Shown: positions 18,538 to 29,487, counted from the whole stretch's first letter. The stretch is DNA of 62,647 bases, filler included, from an uncultured bacterium (GCA_937863565.1; 6 parts of 6 records of this genome joined end to end with filler, not necessarily neighbours in it); one strand, 5' to 3'. Program-made: numbers and translations. The notes: generated by a model from the letters alone, not told the origin.

Positions 18538-20798
18538 TTTACTTCAAGGTCGATAAGATCGATACCTCCCGTTCGAGTAATAAATATATAGCCGTTCATA
18601 ACCTCGATATCAAGTATATCCCCGGCATCCTCGCTTACTTTTAAAAGTTCGCTTGACTGGTCTTTCAGGTGAACACAGGCGATCTTCTTTTCCATGTTGA
18701 CCATGTACGCGTCATTCCCGATTATCTTCAGGAAAATAAAAGGAGCGGGAAGCGGAAGATCTTCCAGCGTGCGCAGCGCACCGTTCTTTCTCGAAAAGAT
18801 ATAAAGGACGCTTTTGCCGTCTTTCCTTAAAATAAAGACCAATGTCTCGTCATTGAAGTGGACTGCAGAGAGATGCCCCGTGGATACGGGGGGATCCCAT
18901 ATCTTGGCGGCCTCATTATATCTTACGAATCCGAGATCTGCAAGGGCATAAATACCGGCGGGGCACTTGTCAACGAATTTATAAAATGAGAAATTCTGCT
19001 GTGTTATAAGATCGCGGTATCCCTTCTCCATCACCACATCAGAGGATTTGCTGTTATAAACGGCAAAGGATTTGTCCGTACCGAGAAAGATCAGGTCACC
19101 GGAAAGGTCAACGAATGATATATCCTGAGAAGAAAGACCCTCAGCCTTCGAGACCATCTTGATCTTCTTTCCGTCAGCCGTGTAGATGAAAAGGCCCCCT
19201 TGCGTCCCAAGATACATATTGCTGCCGGAATGCGCGTAAGGTGAAACATAGCTCATATTGCCGGACGGCTGGAGTATGATCTTCTTATCCCTGATGACAA
19301 GATTCAGCACTTCGACCCGCCCGCCTTTATAGAACAGCCAGAAATATTTATCAAAAGGAATGACCCGTGCAAGAAATCCGTCATCGTCATTGTATTTAAA
19401 GGCAAGTGTAAGTGCAAGCGTTTCCGGATCGAATTCGTAAAGCGCTCTATTGGTGAACACATAGCTTTTCCCGTCAATGTTCTTTACGAGATTGTACATC
19501 TCGGTCTTTTCGGCCCTCTCTGTCCCCAAGAATGAAAAACGGATCCTGTTTTTATACTCCGCGATGTCTTTAAGATATCCGCTTTCCGGATATTTGACGA
19601 GGAACTCTTTAAGTTCTCTGAAGGCCTCTCTTTTCATATACTTCTCGATGAGGAAGTTGATGTATTCGATATGGGCGTCATCCTTGATCAGGAAAGGCCG
19701 GGTATCGGAAATGATCTCCTTGAAAAGGGCGATCCTGCGGGGCAGTTCGCCGATGCTCATGGCATTGTAGAATTTCTTCAGTCCCGCCGTATCGTTCTCA
19801 ATATTGCTCTTTAAAAAATCATAGGTCCCTTTAAGGTCACCTTCCTTTGAAATAAAATCAGGATGTTCATCGAAAGCGGTTATAATGCGGGTAAAGGGAG
19901 GGTCGGAAAATGCGAGGGCATTGTGGACGAACTCCCTGAATATCCTAACGGGGATCTTTTTATAGAGTCCGAATATCTTAAAATAATCGTCCACCGCTTC
20001 CGGTTCATTCCCGAGGAACAGATTGGTACTGAGTCTCGTTGCAGTATATTCAAAAGACCCTTTCATTTTTTCGCTCTTTATCTTGTCAAGAAAGAAGAGC
20101 GCCTTCTGCGCCTCGCTCTTCTGGTTTTCCGCTATCCCGTTGAGATATAAACACTGAGCGGCTCTGAGCGAGAACAAAGAACGGAGCTTACCTTCCGGGA
20201 CGCGTTCGTAATTGGCAGTGAAGTATCTTGACCGGATGAATGAATTCGTTATTGATTCCACCGTATTGGACCCGAGCTCCCAGCGCAGGACGAATGCCGC
20301 GGCGATGAAAAGTACGGCAATGATCATTGCGGGAATTTTGTTCTTGATGAACTCGGAGAATTTAGACCGGTGGAAAATGAAACAGGATATAAACGTGAAA
20401 AACGCAATGCCGGCAAGTATGATGAACGGAGCGCATAAAAGAAGGCATCTGAGGGAGATCCCGCTGAAAAGCGCTCCGAGGGGTTTCTTCATGATGATGA
20501 GCTGCGCGATCCTGTCGGCGAATACGATCACTAGAACGCCCGCGAAAAGGATCAGAATGGAGGAGAAGAATCTGCGGTTTATCAGGGCCGGCGGAAGATC
20601 CTTCCTGATCCTGTCTATTTTAAAGATATTTATGATAAGAAAGAACTCGAGAAGAAACACAAGCAGAAAAGCTGGAATACCTGCGAACAGGTAGCTCGAG
20701 GTCACCGCTGCGATGACCTGCCCTAATGACATGCCGAAGAAACCCAGCATCACGAGCACTGTTGCCAACAAACCTATGATCAATCCTGCAAGGAACAT
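18534..20798 (-). CDS. Membrane protein with helical (TPR-like) and C-terminal beta-propeller-like regions
   Basis: About 5-6 N-terminal TM helices, FLVKYPES, GTQGGL..Y and EGLSSQDI propeller-like blades. GGGAGGG SD. Confidence 0.7.
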   Translation of the reverse strand: MFLAGLIIGLLATVLVMLGFFGMSLGQVIAAVTSSYLFAGIPAFLLVFLLEFFLIINIFKIDRIRKDLPPALINRRFFSSILILFAGVLVIVFADRIAQLIIMKKPLGALFSGISLRCLLLCAPFIILAGIAFFTFISCFIFHRSKFSEFIKNKIPAMIIAVLFIAAAFVLRWELGSNTVESITNSFIRSRYFTANYERVPEGKLRSLFSLRAAQCLYLNGIAENQKSEAQKALFFLDKIKSEKMKGSFEYTATRLSTNLFLGNEPEAVDDYFKIFGLYKKIPVRIFREFVHNALAFSDPPFTRIITAFDEHPDFISKEGDLKGTYDFLKSNIENDTAGLKKFYNAMSIGELPRRIALFKEIISDTRPFLIKDDAHIEYINFLIEKYMKREAFRELKEFLVKYPESGYLKDIAEYKNRIRFSFLGTERAEKTEMYNLVKNIDGKSYVFTNRALYEFDPETLALTLAFKYNDDDGFLARVIPFDKYFWLFYKGGRVEVLNLVIRDKKIILQPSGNMSYVSPYAHSGSNMYLGTQGGLFIYTADGKKIKMVSKAEGLSSQDISFVDLSGDLIFLGTDKSFAVYNSKSSDVVMEKGYRDLITQQNFSFYKFVDKCPAGIYALADLGFVRYNEAAKIWDPPVSTGHLSAVHFNDETLVFILRKDGKSVLYIFSRKNGALRTLEDLPLPAPFIFLKIIGNDAYMVNMEKKIACVHLKDQSSELLKVSEDAGDILDIEVMNGYIFITRTGGIDLIDLEVK

Positions 20799-20884
20799 AT
20801 TACCCTCCCGTAATTATTATTTTAGTATATTTTTAGTATATATATAGTTACGATATCCATAAAAATCAAATATACAGTTGTTTT

Positions 20885-20909
20885 GTGGTGAAAAGTGGTA
20901 ATTTGTGGG
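20885..20909 (+). promoter_or_regulatory. MraZ-binding repeats
   Basis: Three GTGG motifs at exact 10-bp spacing (20885, 20895, 20905) upstream of mraZ, followed by an extended -10 TGGTATAAT at 20938-20946. Confidence 0.8.
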
Positions 20910-21042
20910 ATTTTTTTTGGACGGGTGCATATGTATATGGTATAATTTTTCAGATATAAGGGTACATGCTGATGATAATGTTCTCATCTTTCCTTATTGT
21001 AGATTATTATCTTCCCAATGTCAAGAGCGGAGGAAAAAAATC

Positions 21043-21513
21043 ATGAAATTCAGAGGCAGCTTCAATTACTCTGTCGATGCCAAATTGAGGATAATGCTCC
21101 CCAATGAACTGCGCGCGGCTATGAAGGAAATGAACACCGGATCGCTGATAATCCTTCCGGGTTTTTCAGATAAGTACAAATACCTCTTCCTTCTCCCGAA
21201 AGCCTACTGCGATAAGATCGAAACAAAACTCGAGAACCTCAAATTCTTCGACGGGACAGCACAGAAGATATTCACTTTTTTCTTCGGTAATTCATTCGAG
21301 ATCGAACCGGACAATCAGGGTAGAATACGCATACCGCCATTGTTGCACAAGATGATGGGCTTCAATAACGATGTGGTGATAACAGGTGAAGGCGATTTCA
21401 TGAAATTATGGGAGCCGGCCGATCATGCCGCCATGCTCAAAGAGGAACTCGCACCCGCCTCCGGCCGCCTTGAAGATCTTCTTAAAGAAATAAACGAGAA
21501 ATACGGCATATAG
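21043..21513 (+). CDS. mraZ: Division/cell wall cluster regulator MraZ
   Basis: MKFRGSFNYSVDAKLRIMLP and DNQGRIRIP AbrB-type repeats. GGAGG SD before ATG 21043. Confidence 0.93.
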   Translation: MKFRGSFNYSVDAKLRIMLPNELRAAMKEMNTGSLIILPGFSDKYKYLFLLPKAYCDKIETKLENLKFFDGTAQKIFTFFFGNSFEIEPDNQGRIRIPPLLHKMMGFNNDVVITGEGDFMKLWEPADHAAMLKEELAPASGRLEDLLKEINEKYGI

Positions 21514-21516
21514 ACT

Positions 21517-22377
21517 ATGATACATGAACCCGTGATGAAAGACGAGATACTCAGTATTTCGGAAGAGCGTTCATCATCGGGAACGTTCATTGACTGTACG
21601 GTGGGAGAAGGCGGCCATACGGCTTTTCTTATGGATGCGCATCCGGAATGGTCCTTCTACGGATTTGAAAGGGATGATGATATCTTTGCCGCGGTGAGCG
21701 CGCGATTCGGGGAAAGATCGAAGATCTTCCATGATTCCTATGCCAATATTCTCGAACATTTCGAAAGCGTCAGTGCTGCGCTGCTTTTCGATCTAGGCGT
21801 CTCGATGTATCACTTCAAAACACCTGGAAGGGGGTTCAGTTTTAATGACGACGATGACGATCTCGATATGAGGTTCAGCAGGTCAACTCCCATGACCGCC
21901 GCTGATATCCTGAACGGATACGGAGCGGAAGAACTCCGTAAGATGCTGGAACGATATGCGGAGATGATGCATCCGGAGCCGCTCGTCGAGGCGATAATGC
22001 GGTTCAGGAAAAAACGCGTCTTTCTCAAAGTAATGGATATCAAGGAATGTCTTTCATTCATGCACCGAAGGGGAAAGACGCATCCTTTAACCACGGTTTT
22101 TCAGGCATTGAGGATAGAAACGAACGGCGAACTCCATGAACTTGAAAAAATATGCACCCTCCTTTTGGAAAGAACGGCATCATTTTCGGGCTCGCTGTTT
22201 ATGTTCATCTCTTACCATTCGCTTGAGGACAGGACTGTGAAAAGCGCGGTGCGCGAACTTGTTGCACGCGGGCATGCCGAAGCGGTGAACAAAAAAGTGA
22301 TAAAACCGCACTGGAAAGAAGTATCCTCCAACAAGGCCTCGCGCAGCGGAAGATTGAGAGCATTCAACATATTATGA
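21517..22377 (+). CDS. rsmH: 16S rRNA m4C1402 methyltransferase
   Basis: HEPVM, DCTVGEGGH, DLGVS, RGFSF, LDMR, FQALRIE.N.EL, SYHSLEDR. Confidence 0.95.
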   Translation: MIHEPVMKDEILSISEERSSSGTFIDCTVGEGGHTAFLMDAHPEWSFYGFERDDDIFAAVSARFGERSKIFHDSYANILEHFESVSAALLFDLGVSMYHFKTPGRGFSFNDDDDDLDMRFSRSTPMTAADILNGYGAEELRKMLERYAEMMHPEPLVEAIMRFRKKRVFLKVMDIKECLSFMHRRGKTHPLTTVFQALRIETNGELHELEKICTLLLERTASFSGSLFMFISYHSLEDRTVKSAVRELVARGHAEAVNKKVIKPHWKEVSSNKASRSGRLRAFNIL

Positions 22378-22661
22378 AGAAAAAGCTGTTCGTAATGATC
22401 TTAATGACAGCCTTCAGCGCGATCCTGTTCCTCTATATCGACGGTCAGATAAACGTAAAGATAAAGTACTATGAAATATCAAAACGTGAAGAGCTCAAGG
22501 AAGAGCTCCAGAACGAGCGCCGTAAACTCCTTCTGGAGTACTATACACTGCTCTCCTACGAGGATGCCGAAAAAGAAGCGATGAAAGAGCCATTGCTCAT
22601 GAATTACGGCCGCCGCGAACCTGATATCGAACTGAAGAATAATGAACAGCACGAGAAATAA
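22374..22661 (+). CDS. ftsL: FtsL-like cell division protein
   Basis: One TM helix plus coiled coil, between rsmH and the PBP gene. Confidence 0.7.
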   Translation: MKKKLFVMILMTAFSAILFLYIDGQINVKIKYYEISKREELKEELQNERRKLLLEYYTLLSYEDAEKEAMKEPLLMNYGRREPDIELKNNEQHEK

Positions 22662-24411
22662 ACTGCTTATCATATGCCTTATTCTGGCCTGTGCAGCTCT
22701 CTTCGTTCACTTCATCGGGCTCAAGTTCGACTATCTTAAAGACAGAAGGCAGGGGCATAGAACGACCCTCATTCCATCCCGCCGCGGCGATATTCTGGAC
22801 AGGAACGGAAAACTTATCGCCACCTCGATCAAGCTTCAGGACCTTTACTTCTATACGGCCGGATTATCCAGGAAAGAAGCTGCGTTCGTAATGTCCAAAA
22901 TAGAAAAAGTGTTGGCGGCGTACGGCGCGGATAAACAGGAGCTCGTGCTTCTCAGGAGGGATTTCAAGAAAGCCTTCGCGCGCAAAGGCGCTTTCTGCGT
23001 TATCAAGGACCTGATAGACAACTCGATCTACCGGCAGATCATTGATTCGGCCGGCTCGGCCGGAGGGAGTTCAATAAAGGACATCAGGGGAAAGGTCTAC
23101 CTCACCGATAAGTACAAAAGATACTACCCGTTCTCTTCCGTGTACGGAACCCTTACCGGATATATCTCAAAACAGGGAAATGCCGCCTACGGCATCGAAG
23201 AATCGCTCGACGGGAAACTTGCCGGAATAGACGGTGAAATGATAACAAGCGCATCTCCCTACATCAAAAAGGGAAGGTGGGGCCGGACGAACTGGCTGAA
23301 GGAGCCGCAGAACGGGAACGATGTGAGACTGTCGCTGGACAGCGTTATCCAGGAGTACACGTATAGGGTGCTCAGGGATGCTGTCACCACACACCGGGCA
23401 AAAGGGGCCTGCGCAATAGTGATGGAAACCGCGACCGGCAAGGTACGCGCATTCGCTTCGCTGCCCTCTTTCGATCCGAATAATTATTTCGACCATGAAA
23501 TAAGCGATTATATGAACATCGGCGTTTCGAATCTGTATGAGCCGGGCTCGATCATGAAACCACTCGTCATCGGGTTCATTCTCGAACAGAGCAGAGGAGG
23601 TTCCGCTCCCGTTCTTAGAAAGGGAGATAAATTCTACTGCGAGAACGGAAAATACCGTATGGAGAACGGCCGCCTGATAGAGGATGTGGAGAAGCTGAAA
23701 ACGCTCAGCGTACTTGAGATCATCGCGCATTCATCGAATATCGGCGTGACCAAGATTATGCAGAAATACGAGGCCGCCGGGGATAAGCTTGAATTCTACA
23801 GGTTCATGATATCCATTCTGAACCTTCAGCGCAGTCTCAACGTGCCTCTCACTAACCATACTAAAGGGAGCATCCTGGATTACGGTAAATGGATAAAGAA
23901 TTACAGCATGATCTCAATATGCATGGGTTACGAAGTCTCTTCATCGCCGCTTAATTTCGTTACGGCCTTCAATGTGATCCCTGCCGGCGGCAAGCTCTTA
24001 AGACCGCTTTTCCTCGAGAATGAAAAACCGGAGATCTACACGAAGGATCTTTTTTCTTCCGGGACACTTGATTTTCTGAACGAAGCATTGAAGGAGGTCG
24101 TGCGGACCGGCACGGCTAAAAAGATCGGAGGATCCGGCCTTGAACTTGCCGGAAAAACAGGTACTGCAAGAAAATACGATCCGGAGCTGAAAACTTATTC
24201 GAAGGAGAAGTACATAGCTTCTTTCATCGGGTATTTCCCCGCAACCGCTCCGGTCTATACGATCGGGGTTTTTATCGACGAACCCAAAAGCAGGATATAC
24301 GGCTCGGAAGTGGCAGCTCCGGTTTTCAGGAGCATCGCCGAAAGAGTGAATGCGTACTACCTCAACAGGAAGACCTATTACACTAAGTCGGAGGAAGCGG
24401 ATGAACGCTGA
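22642..24411 (+). CDS. ftsI: Class B penicillin-binding protein
   Basis: RGDILDRNG, EPGSIMK (SxxK), SSN, GKTGT; position in the dcw cluster. Confidence 0.9.
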   Translation: MNSTRNKLLIICLILACAALFVHFIGLKFDYLKDRRQGHRTTLIPSRRGDILDRNGKLIATSIKLQDLYFYTAGLSRKEAAFVMSKIEKVLAAYGADKQELVLLRRDFKKAFARKGAFCVIKDLIDNSIYRQIIDSAGSAGGSSIKDIRGKVYLTDKYKRYYPFSSVYGTLTGYISKQGNAAYGIEESLDGKLAGIDGEMITSASPYIKKGRWGRTNWLKEPQNGNDVRLSLDSVIQEYTYRVLRDAVTTHRAKGACAIVMETATGKVRAFASLPSFDPNNYFDHEISDYMNIGVSNLYEPGSIMKPLVIGFILEQSRGGSAPVLRKGDKFYCENGKYRMENGRLIEDVEKLKTLSVLEIIAHSSNIGVTKIMQKYEAAGDKLEFYRFMISILNLQRSLNVPLTNHTKGSILDYGKWIKNYSMISICMGYEVSSSPLNFVTAFNVIPAGGKLLRPLFLENEKPEIYTKDLFSSGTLDFLNEALKEVVRTGTAKKIGGSGLELAGKTGTARKYDPELKTYSKEKYIASFIGYFPATAPVYTIGVFIDEPKSRIYGSEVAAPVFRSIAERVNAYYLNRKTYYTKSEEADER

Positions 24412-25825
24412 CGTCTTCTTGAAGAAATACGGGCTTCCCGCAATGCCGACTTCCATAGTGATAGACTCAAGGAAGGCTTCCGCCGGATGTCTTTTCATCG
24501 CGCTCAAGGGAAAATTCGCTGACGGCCACGCGTTCATCGGAAAAGCGCTTGAAAAAGGCGCGGCCTTCATTGCCGGCACCGATGTCGAGAACGGCCGACG
24601 GGACGGAGCGGTTTTTATAAAAATTAGTGACGGCATATCTTTCATGAACGAGATATGCTATGATTTCCATGAAGAAGCGATCGGTGTTCTGGACCTTTAC
24701 GGGATCACGGGAACGAATGGCAAGACCTCTTCCGCCTATTTCATGAAAAGGGTGCTCGACCGTGCCGGGATAGGTTGTTCTCTTATAGGGACGGTGAACA
24801 ATATCATCGGCGGTGAGACGCAACCCGCGGAGAACACTACACCGTATTCCGCAGATCTTTTTGCGATGCTCACACTGAGCGCCGAACGGCAAGACCGTGC
24901 CGTATCTATGGAGGTCTCCTCGCATGCCTTGTCCGAGGGCCGCGTGCACGGGTTGAATTTCAAAGGCATCATCATTACGAACATAACAGGAGATCATCTG
25001 GATTATCATGGAAGTTTCGAGAATTATTACGAAAGCAAAAAAAGGATTTTCGATCACATCGGGAAAGATGCACCTGCAGCTGTGAATGCGGACTGTCCCG
25101 TAGCTGCCAAACTGTCCGCGGAGTTAAAAGAACGCAATGTGATCAACTTCGGCAGGAAGGGGGCAATAAAACTTACTCGAACGGAGATCACACGGACCGG
25201 CTCGTCGTTCTCCTATACCGCCGGCGGAAAAAAGCGCCGCTGTGAACTCAGGATGTTCGGCGATTTCGCCGTTTACAACGCTCTCGGCGTACTTGCACTG
25301 GCATACGGCCTCGGTTTAGATCTTGACGCCGCGGGCGATGCGGTGTCTTCGCTCGAACTTGTTCCGGGGAGATTTCAGATAGTAGAGAAGGAACGGTCTT
25401 TGGTAATAGTGGATTATGCCCATACACATGATGCTCTGGAGAAGCTCTTGAATAGCGTGAAAAGGATACCGCACGGGAAATTGATCACCGTTTTCGGCTG
25501 CGGCGGCGACCGTGACAGAACGAAACGCCCGAAGATGGGAAGGACCGTATCGCGTTTAAGCGACATCGCCATTGTAACTTCGGACAATCCACGCACGGAA
25601 GACCCGGATGAGATAATCAGGGATGCCCTGGAAGGAATGCCGGATGATGCCGTGGTGATACCGGAGCGTTCGGAGGCCATCAGAGAAGCTCTCAAGATGG
25701 CGGGAAGCGCCGACATCGTTGTGATCGCGGGCAAAGGCCATGAGGATTATCAGATCATCGGCAGGGAAAAAAGGCATTTCTCGGACAAAGAGGAAGTGGA
25801 GAGGTTCTATGGACGTATTAAATAA
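24401..25825 (+). CDS. murE: MurE ligase (meso-DAP type)
   Basis: GITGTNGKTS, MEVSSH, DHLDYH, VDYAHT, GCGGDRD..KRP, SDNPR, AGKGHE. Confidence 0.96.
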   Translation: MNADVFLKKYGLPAMPTSIVIDSRKASAGCLFIALKGKFADGHAFIGKALEKGAAFIAGTDVENGRRDGAVFIKISDGISFMNEICYDFHEEAIGVLDLYGITGTNGKTSSAYFMKRVLDRAGIGCSLIGTVNNIIGGETQPAENTTPYSADLFAMLTLSAERQDRAVSMEVSSHALSEGRVHGLNFKGIIITNITGDHLDYHGSFENYYESKKRIFDHIGKDAPAAVNADCPVAAKLSAELKERNVINFGRKGAIKLTRTEITRTGSSFSYTAGGKKRRCELRMFGDFAVYNALGVLALAYGLGLDLDAAGDAVSSLELVPGRFQIVEKERSLVIVDYAHTHDALEKLLNSVKRIPHGKLITVFGCGGDRDRTKRPKMGRTVSRLSDIAIVTSDNPRTEDPDEIIRDALEGMPDDAVVIPERSEAIREALKMAGSADIVVIAGKGHEDYQIIGREKRHFSDKEEVERFYGRIK

Positions 25826-27071
25826 GGTCCTCGCCCGCCTTATCCGCAGAAAAGGCTCTTCCTTTTCAGGCATTTCCACCGATTCGAGGACGATCTCGGA
25901 AGGCCAGTTCTATATACCGCTCAAGGGCGGAAGATTCAACGGCCATGATTTCATTAAAGAAGCTCTTGCAAAGAAAGCGGCGGGCTATGTCTACGATGAC
26001 GAAGCGTTCGCAGGCCCTTCCGGGTACCGTGTTGCGGATACGAACGAATTCTATTTCCTGCTGGCGGGAAAATACAGAAGAGCATTAAAAACGGAAGTGA
26101 TAGCGATAACGGGTTCAACGGGAAAAACAACGGTTAAAGAGCTTCTTAGGAAAATCATCCGGGACGCCTTCGGCTCCTGCGCATACACGAAGGAGAACGA
26201 GAACAACCTTTTCGGCGTTGCAAAAACACTGCTCGCTCTTTCAGAGAAGGAAAGATATCTCGTAATAGAGCTCGGCACGAACAAAAAGGGAGAGATAAAA
26301 AAGGAGACGAAGATGTGCGATCCCGACATCGGGATCTGTCTCAATATCGGCCCGGGACATCTTGAATTCTTCAAGAGCCTGAAAGGTGTCTACAGGGAAA
26401 AAGCGTCACTTGTGTCATATGTGCTGAAAAAAAGGGGCACCGTGATAATTCCCGATGATTCGATGTTCGAAGAATTCAAGAACGCAGAGAACGTGCTGGT
26501 GAACTCCGGTTCCAAGGATTTCGAAAAAATCTCCCTGAACTTCAAAGGGAGAAGGATCAATATACATGTATCCTGCAAACTTGCCATGTTCGGAGAGAAC
26601 ATCACTGCCGCCGTTCTGGCCGCCCTGGTCCTCGGGATCGAGCCGGAAACCGTACAGGAAAGCATAGCGTCCTTTTCGCTCCCGCGGCTGCGCGAATTCA
26701 AATTCGGAAAGATCACGGTGATCGATGATTCGTATAATGCTAATCCCGCATCGTTCAAATTGGCCCTCGATTATCTCGATGGGATGAAGGGAAGAAAGGC
26801 TCTGGTAATAGGCAGGATGCTCGAATTGGGATCTGCGGAAAAACGCTACGAGACGGAGATCTTCGAACGTATACGGAACATGTCCCCCGTTTTCGTCGTG
26901 GCCAAAGGGCCCTTTGCCGCATCCGTTCCCGGAGATTTCATAAAGATGGATGATCCGCGAAAGATAGCCGGCTATATTTCATTACGGGCTGCGGATATAG
27001 ATATCCTGCTATTGAAGGGATCGCACGGCACTGAGGTTTACAAAGCCGCGCATTTACTGAAGGGGGACTGA
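25809..27071 (+). CDS. murF: MurF ligase
   Basis: STDSR, GHDF, ITGSTGKTT, ELG, HLEFF, DDSYNANP, MLELG, LKGS. Confidence 0.93.
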   Translation: MDVLNKVLARLIRRKGSSFSGISTDSRTISEGQFYIPLKGGRFNGHDFIKEALAKKAAGYVYDDEAFAGPSGYRVADTNEFYFLLAGKYRRALKTEVIAITGSTGKTTVKELLRKIIRDAFGSCAYTKENENNLFGVAKTLLALSEKERYLVIELGTNKKGEIKKETKMCDPDIGICLNIGPGHLEFFKSLKGVYREKASLVSYVLKKRGTVIIPDDSMFEEFKNAENVLVNSGSKDFEKISLNFKGRRINIHVSCKLAMFGENITAAVLAALVLGIEPETVQESIASFSLPRLREFKFGKITVIDDSYNANPASFKLALDYLDGMKGRKALVIGRMLELGSAEKRYETEIFERIRNMSPVFVVAKGPFAASVPGDFIKMDDPRKIAGYISLRAADIDILLLKGSHGTEVYKAAHLLKGD

Positions 27072-27073
27072 AC

Positions 27074-28162
27074 ATGTTCTATTTTCTCTATCGATTGCTT
27101 TATGACGAGATCCCGAGTCTGAGCGTTCTGCGCGTTTTCTCATACATAACGATCCGTGCCGGCCTTGCATTTCTTACCGCTTTCGCGATATTCATCGTTT
27201 TCGGCAATTTCATGATCAGAAAACTGAGAAGCAAGAACTATTCAGATTCCGTGAAGGAATACGTGAACGACATACATTCGAAAAAGGAAGGCACGCCTAC
27301 GCTCGGAGGGATCTATATCTATATAGTCGTGCTCATTTCTGCCCTGCTGTGGGGGGATATAGGCAACAGGTATGTTCTGATCCTTCTTTTGGGGAGCACA
27401 TTGAGCTTCGCGATAGGATATCTTGACGACAGGAAAAAACTCTTAAGCACGAAAAAGGGTCACGGTCTTGCCGCAACGGTGAAATTCCTGATGCTGCTGG
27501 TCTCAGCCGGCCTCATCGCTGTTCTGATATACCTTTCCCCCGAATTCACTCCCACGCTCATCGTTCCGGTATTCAAGAAGGCCGTCGTTTCACTCGGCGC
27601 GGTATATGTGCCTTTCATAATGCTCGTTCTCCTTGCGTCATCCAATGCCGTGAACATCACGGACGGTCTTGACGGCCTGGCGGCCTCCGTTTCTACAATA
27701 TCGTTCTTGACCCTTTCCCTGATAGCTTATCTGACAGGCAATTTCATATATGCGAATTATCTTAATGTCCCGTTCATTCCCGGCCTGGGAGAAACGGCCG
27801 TATACGGTTCAGCCCTGGTAGGCGCAGGTCTCGGGTTCCTCTGGTACAATTTCTATCCGGCCCAGGTCTTTATGGGGGATTCCGGTTCTCTCAATATAGG
27901 GTTCACGCTGGGCATGCTGTGTATTATGATCAAGCAGGAGATCCTTTTCATCCTGATCGGCGGCATCTTCGTCTTGGAAGCGCTATCCGTGATCATTCAA
28001 GTAACAGGTTTCCAGTTATTCAAAAAGAGGCCGTTCAAGATGGCCCCGATCCACCACCATTTTGAGAAATCCAATATTCCCGAATCTAAAGTGGTCGTGC
28101 GCTTCATCATAGTATCGATAATACTGTCCATACTATCCCTGGTCCTGATCAAGGTGAGATAA
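27074..28162 (+). CDS. mraY: Phospho-MurNAc-pentapeptide transferase
   Basis: KEGTPTLGG, NAVNITDGLDGL, FMGDSGSL, MAPIHHHFE. Confidence 0.97.
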   Translation: MFYFLYRLLYDEIPSLSVLRVFSYITIRAGLAFLTAFAIFIVFGNFMIRKLRSKNYSDSVKEYVNDIHSKKEGTPTLGGIYIYIVVLISALLWGDIGNRYVLILLLGSTLSFAIGYLDDRKKLLSTKKGHGLAATVKFLMLLVSAGLIAVLIYLSPEFTPTLIVPVFKKAVVSLGAVYVPFIMLVLLASSNAVNITDGLDGLAASVSTISFLTLSLIAYLTGNFIYANYLNVPFIPGLGETAVYGSALVGAGLGFLWYNFYPAQVFMGDSGSLNIGFTLGMLCIMIKQEILFILIGGIFVLEALSVIIQVTGFQLFKKRPFKMAPIHHHFEKSNIPESKVVVRFIIVSIILSILSLVLIKVR

Positions 28163-29487
28163 TGAAGACCGTAGGTGTGCTCGGACTCGGAAAAACAGGA
28201 CTTGATACGGCAATTGCCGCATTGAATCTCGGGTATTCCGTTTTCCTTTCCGAGAAAAAACCCGCTCCCGAGATTCCCGGCCCCGTTCTGGAAAGATTGA
28301 AGACGGAGGGTGCCCGCATCGAACTCGGGGGCAATCATGCCGATTTTTTCAATACCTGCGATCTTATCGTTCAATCTCCCGGCGTATCCGGGTCTTCTGA
28401 TATAGTCGTCGAACTGAAAAAAAGGGGAATTCGGATCATCTCAGATCTTGATTTTGCCTATGAGCATACTTCGGGACGCGAGTGGTACGCGATAACCGGA
28501 ACGAACGGAAAAACAACAACAACCGCTCTGACCGGGGAGATCTTTTCCGGCGCACATAAGAGTTTCACGGGGGGCAATATCGGCGTATCACCCGTGAATT
28601 CGGTGAACGGCGATTTTGCCAAAATGATCCTTGAGGTGTCAAGCTACCAGCTGGATGTTTCGGTCTCGATCAGGTTCAGATCGTCGGCCGTATTGAATAT
28701 TACGGAGGATCATTTGAACCGATACGGGAATATGGAGAACTATACAGCGTCAAAATTCCGGATACTCGGGATGACCGACGGGAATGTGATCGTGAACATC
28801 GACGATCCCGTCATAAATGCCGTAAGGGAAAAAAAGAAGGCCTTGTATCAGACGGTTTCGCTCAGCCGCGCAACGGATAACGGCGCCTTCATCGAGGGAA
28901 AGACAGGCAAGATCATAATAAGGCACGGAGGGAATGAATACTCCGCCGAGACACGGATCGTGACTCTGCCCGGAGAACACAATCTGTACAATGTGATGAC
29001 CGCCACGCTCCTCGGACTGAACGGGGAGGTTCCTTTTTCGGCCATTCTCAGCGCAATCGCTTCTTTTAAAGGGCTTCCACACCGGATCGAGTTCGTTAAA
29101 AAGGTGGAAGGCGCCTTTGTATACAATGACAGCAAATCAACAACACCGGACTCTACGAGAGCCGCGATCAGAAGCTTTCCTGCGGGTAAGATCATCCTCC
29201 TTCTTGGAGGTTCTGACGAGAAAAGATCGGATTTCTCTATCCTTGCCGGTGATATCGCGGAATGCTGTGTGAAGACATACGCCTTTGGGGAGGCCGGGAA
29301 AAGGATCGCCTCTGAAATGAAGGGTATCCTTCATGTATGGACGATAGAACAGGCTTATTCAGAAGCACTTGCCGGTGCTATAGAGGGCGACATCATCCTC
29401 TTTTCACCGGGCTGCCCGAGCTTTGACCGGTTCAGGAACTTCGAAGAAAGGGGAGAATTTTTCAGAAGGATGGTAAATGAAGGATAA
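28162..29487 (+). CDS. murD: MurD ligase
   Basis: GLGKTG, SPG, ITGTNGKTTT, EVSSYQL, DHLNRY, NDSKST, SPGCPSFD.F.NFEERG. Confidence 0.96.
   Translation: MKTVGVLGLGKTGLDTAIAALNLGYSVFLSEKKPAPEIPGPVLERLKTEGARIELGGNHADFFNTCDLIVQSPGVSGSSDIVVELKKRGIRIISDLDFAYEHTSGREWYAITGTNGKTTTTALTGEIFSGAHKSFTGGNIGVSPVNSVNGDFAKMILEVSSYQLDVSVSIRFRSSAVLNITEDHLNRYGNMENYTASKFRILGMTDGNVIVNIDDPVINAVREKKKALYQTVSLSRATDNGAFIEGKTGKIIIRHGGNEYSAETRIVTLPGEHNLYNVMTATLLGLNGEVPFSAILSAIASFKGLPHRIEFVKKVEGAFVYNDSKSTTPDSTRAAIRSFPAGKIILLLGGSDEKRSDFSILAGDIAECCVKTYAFGEAGKRIASEMKGILHVWTIEQAYSEALAGAIEGDIILFSPGCPSFDRFRNFEERGEFFRRMVNEG

Noticed and set aside
20905-21042. Long N-terminal extension of MraZ in the ORF track (likewise gatC, murE, murF, murG)
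   Set aside because: Downstream ATGs match the family N-termini and mostly have SD-like sites; the MraZ extension overlaps its own promoter.
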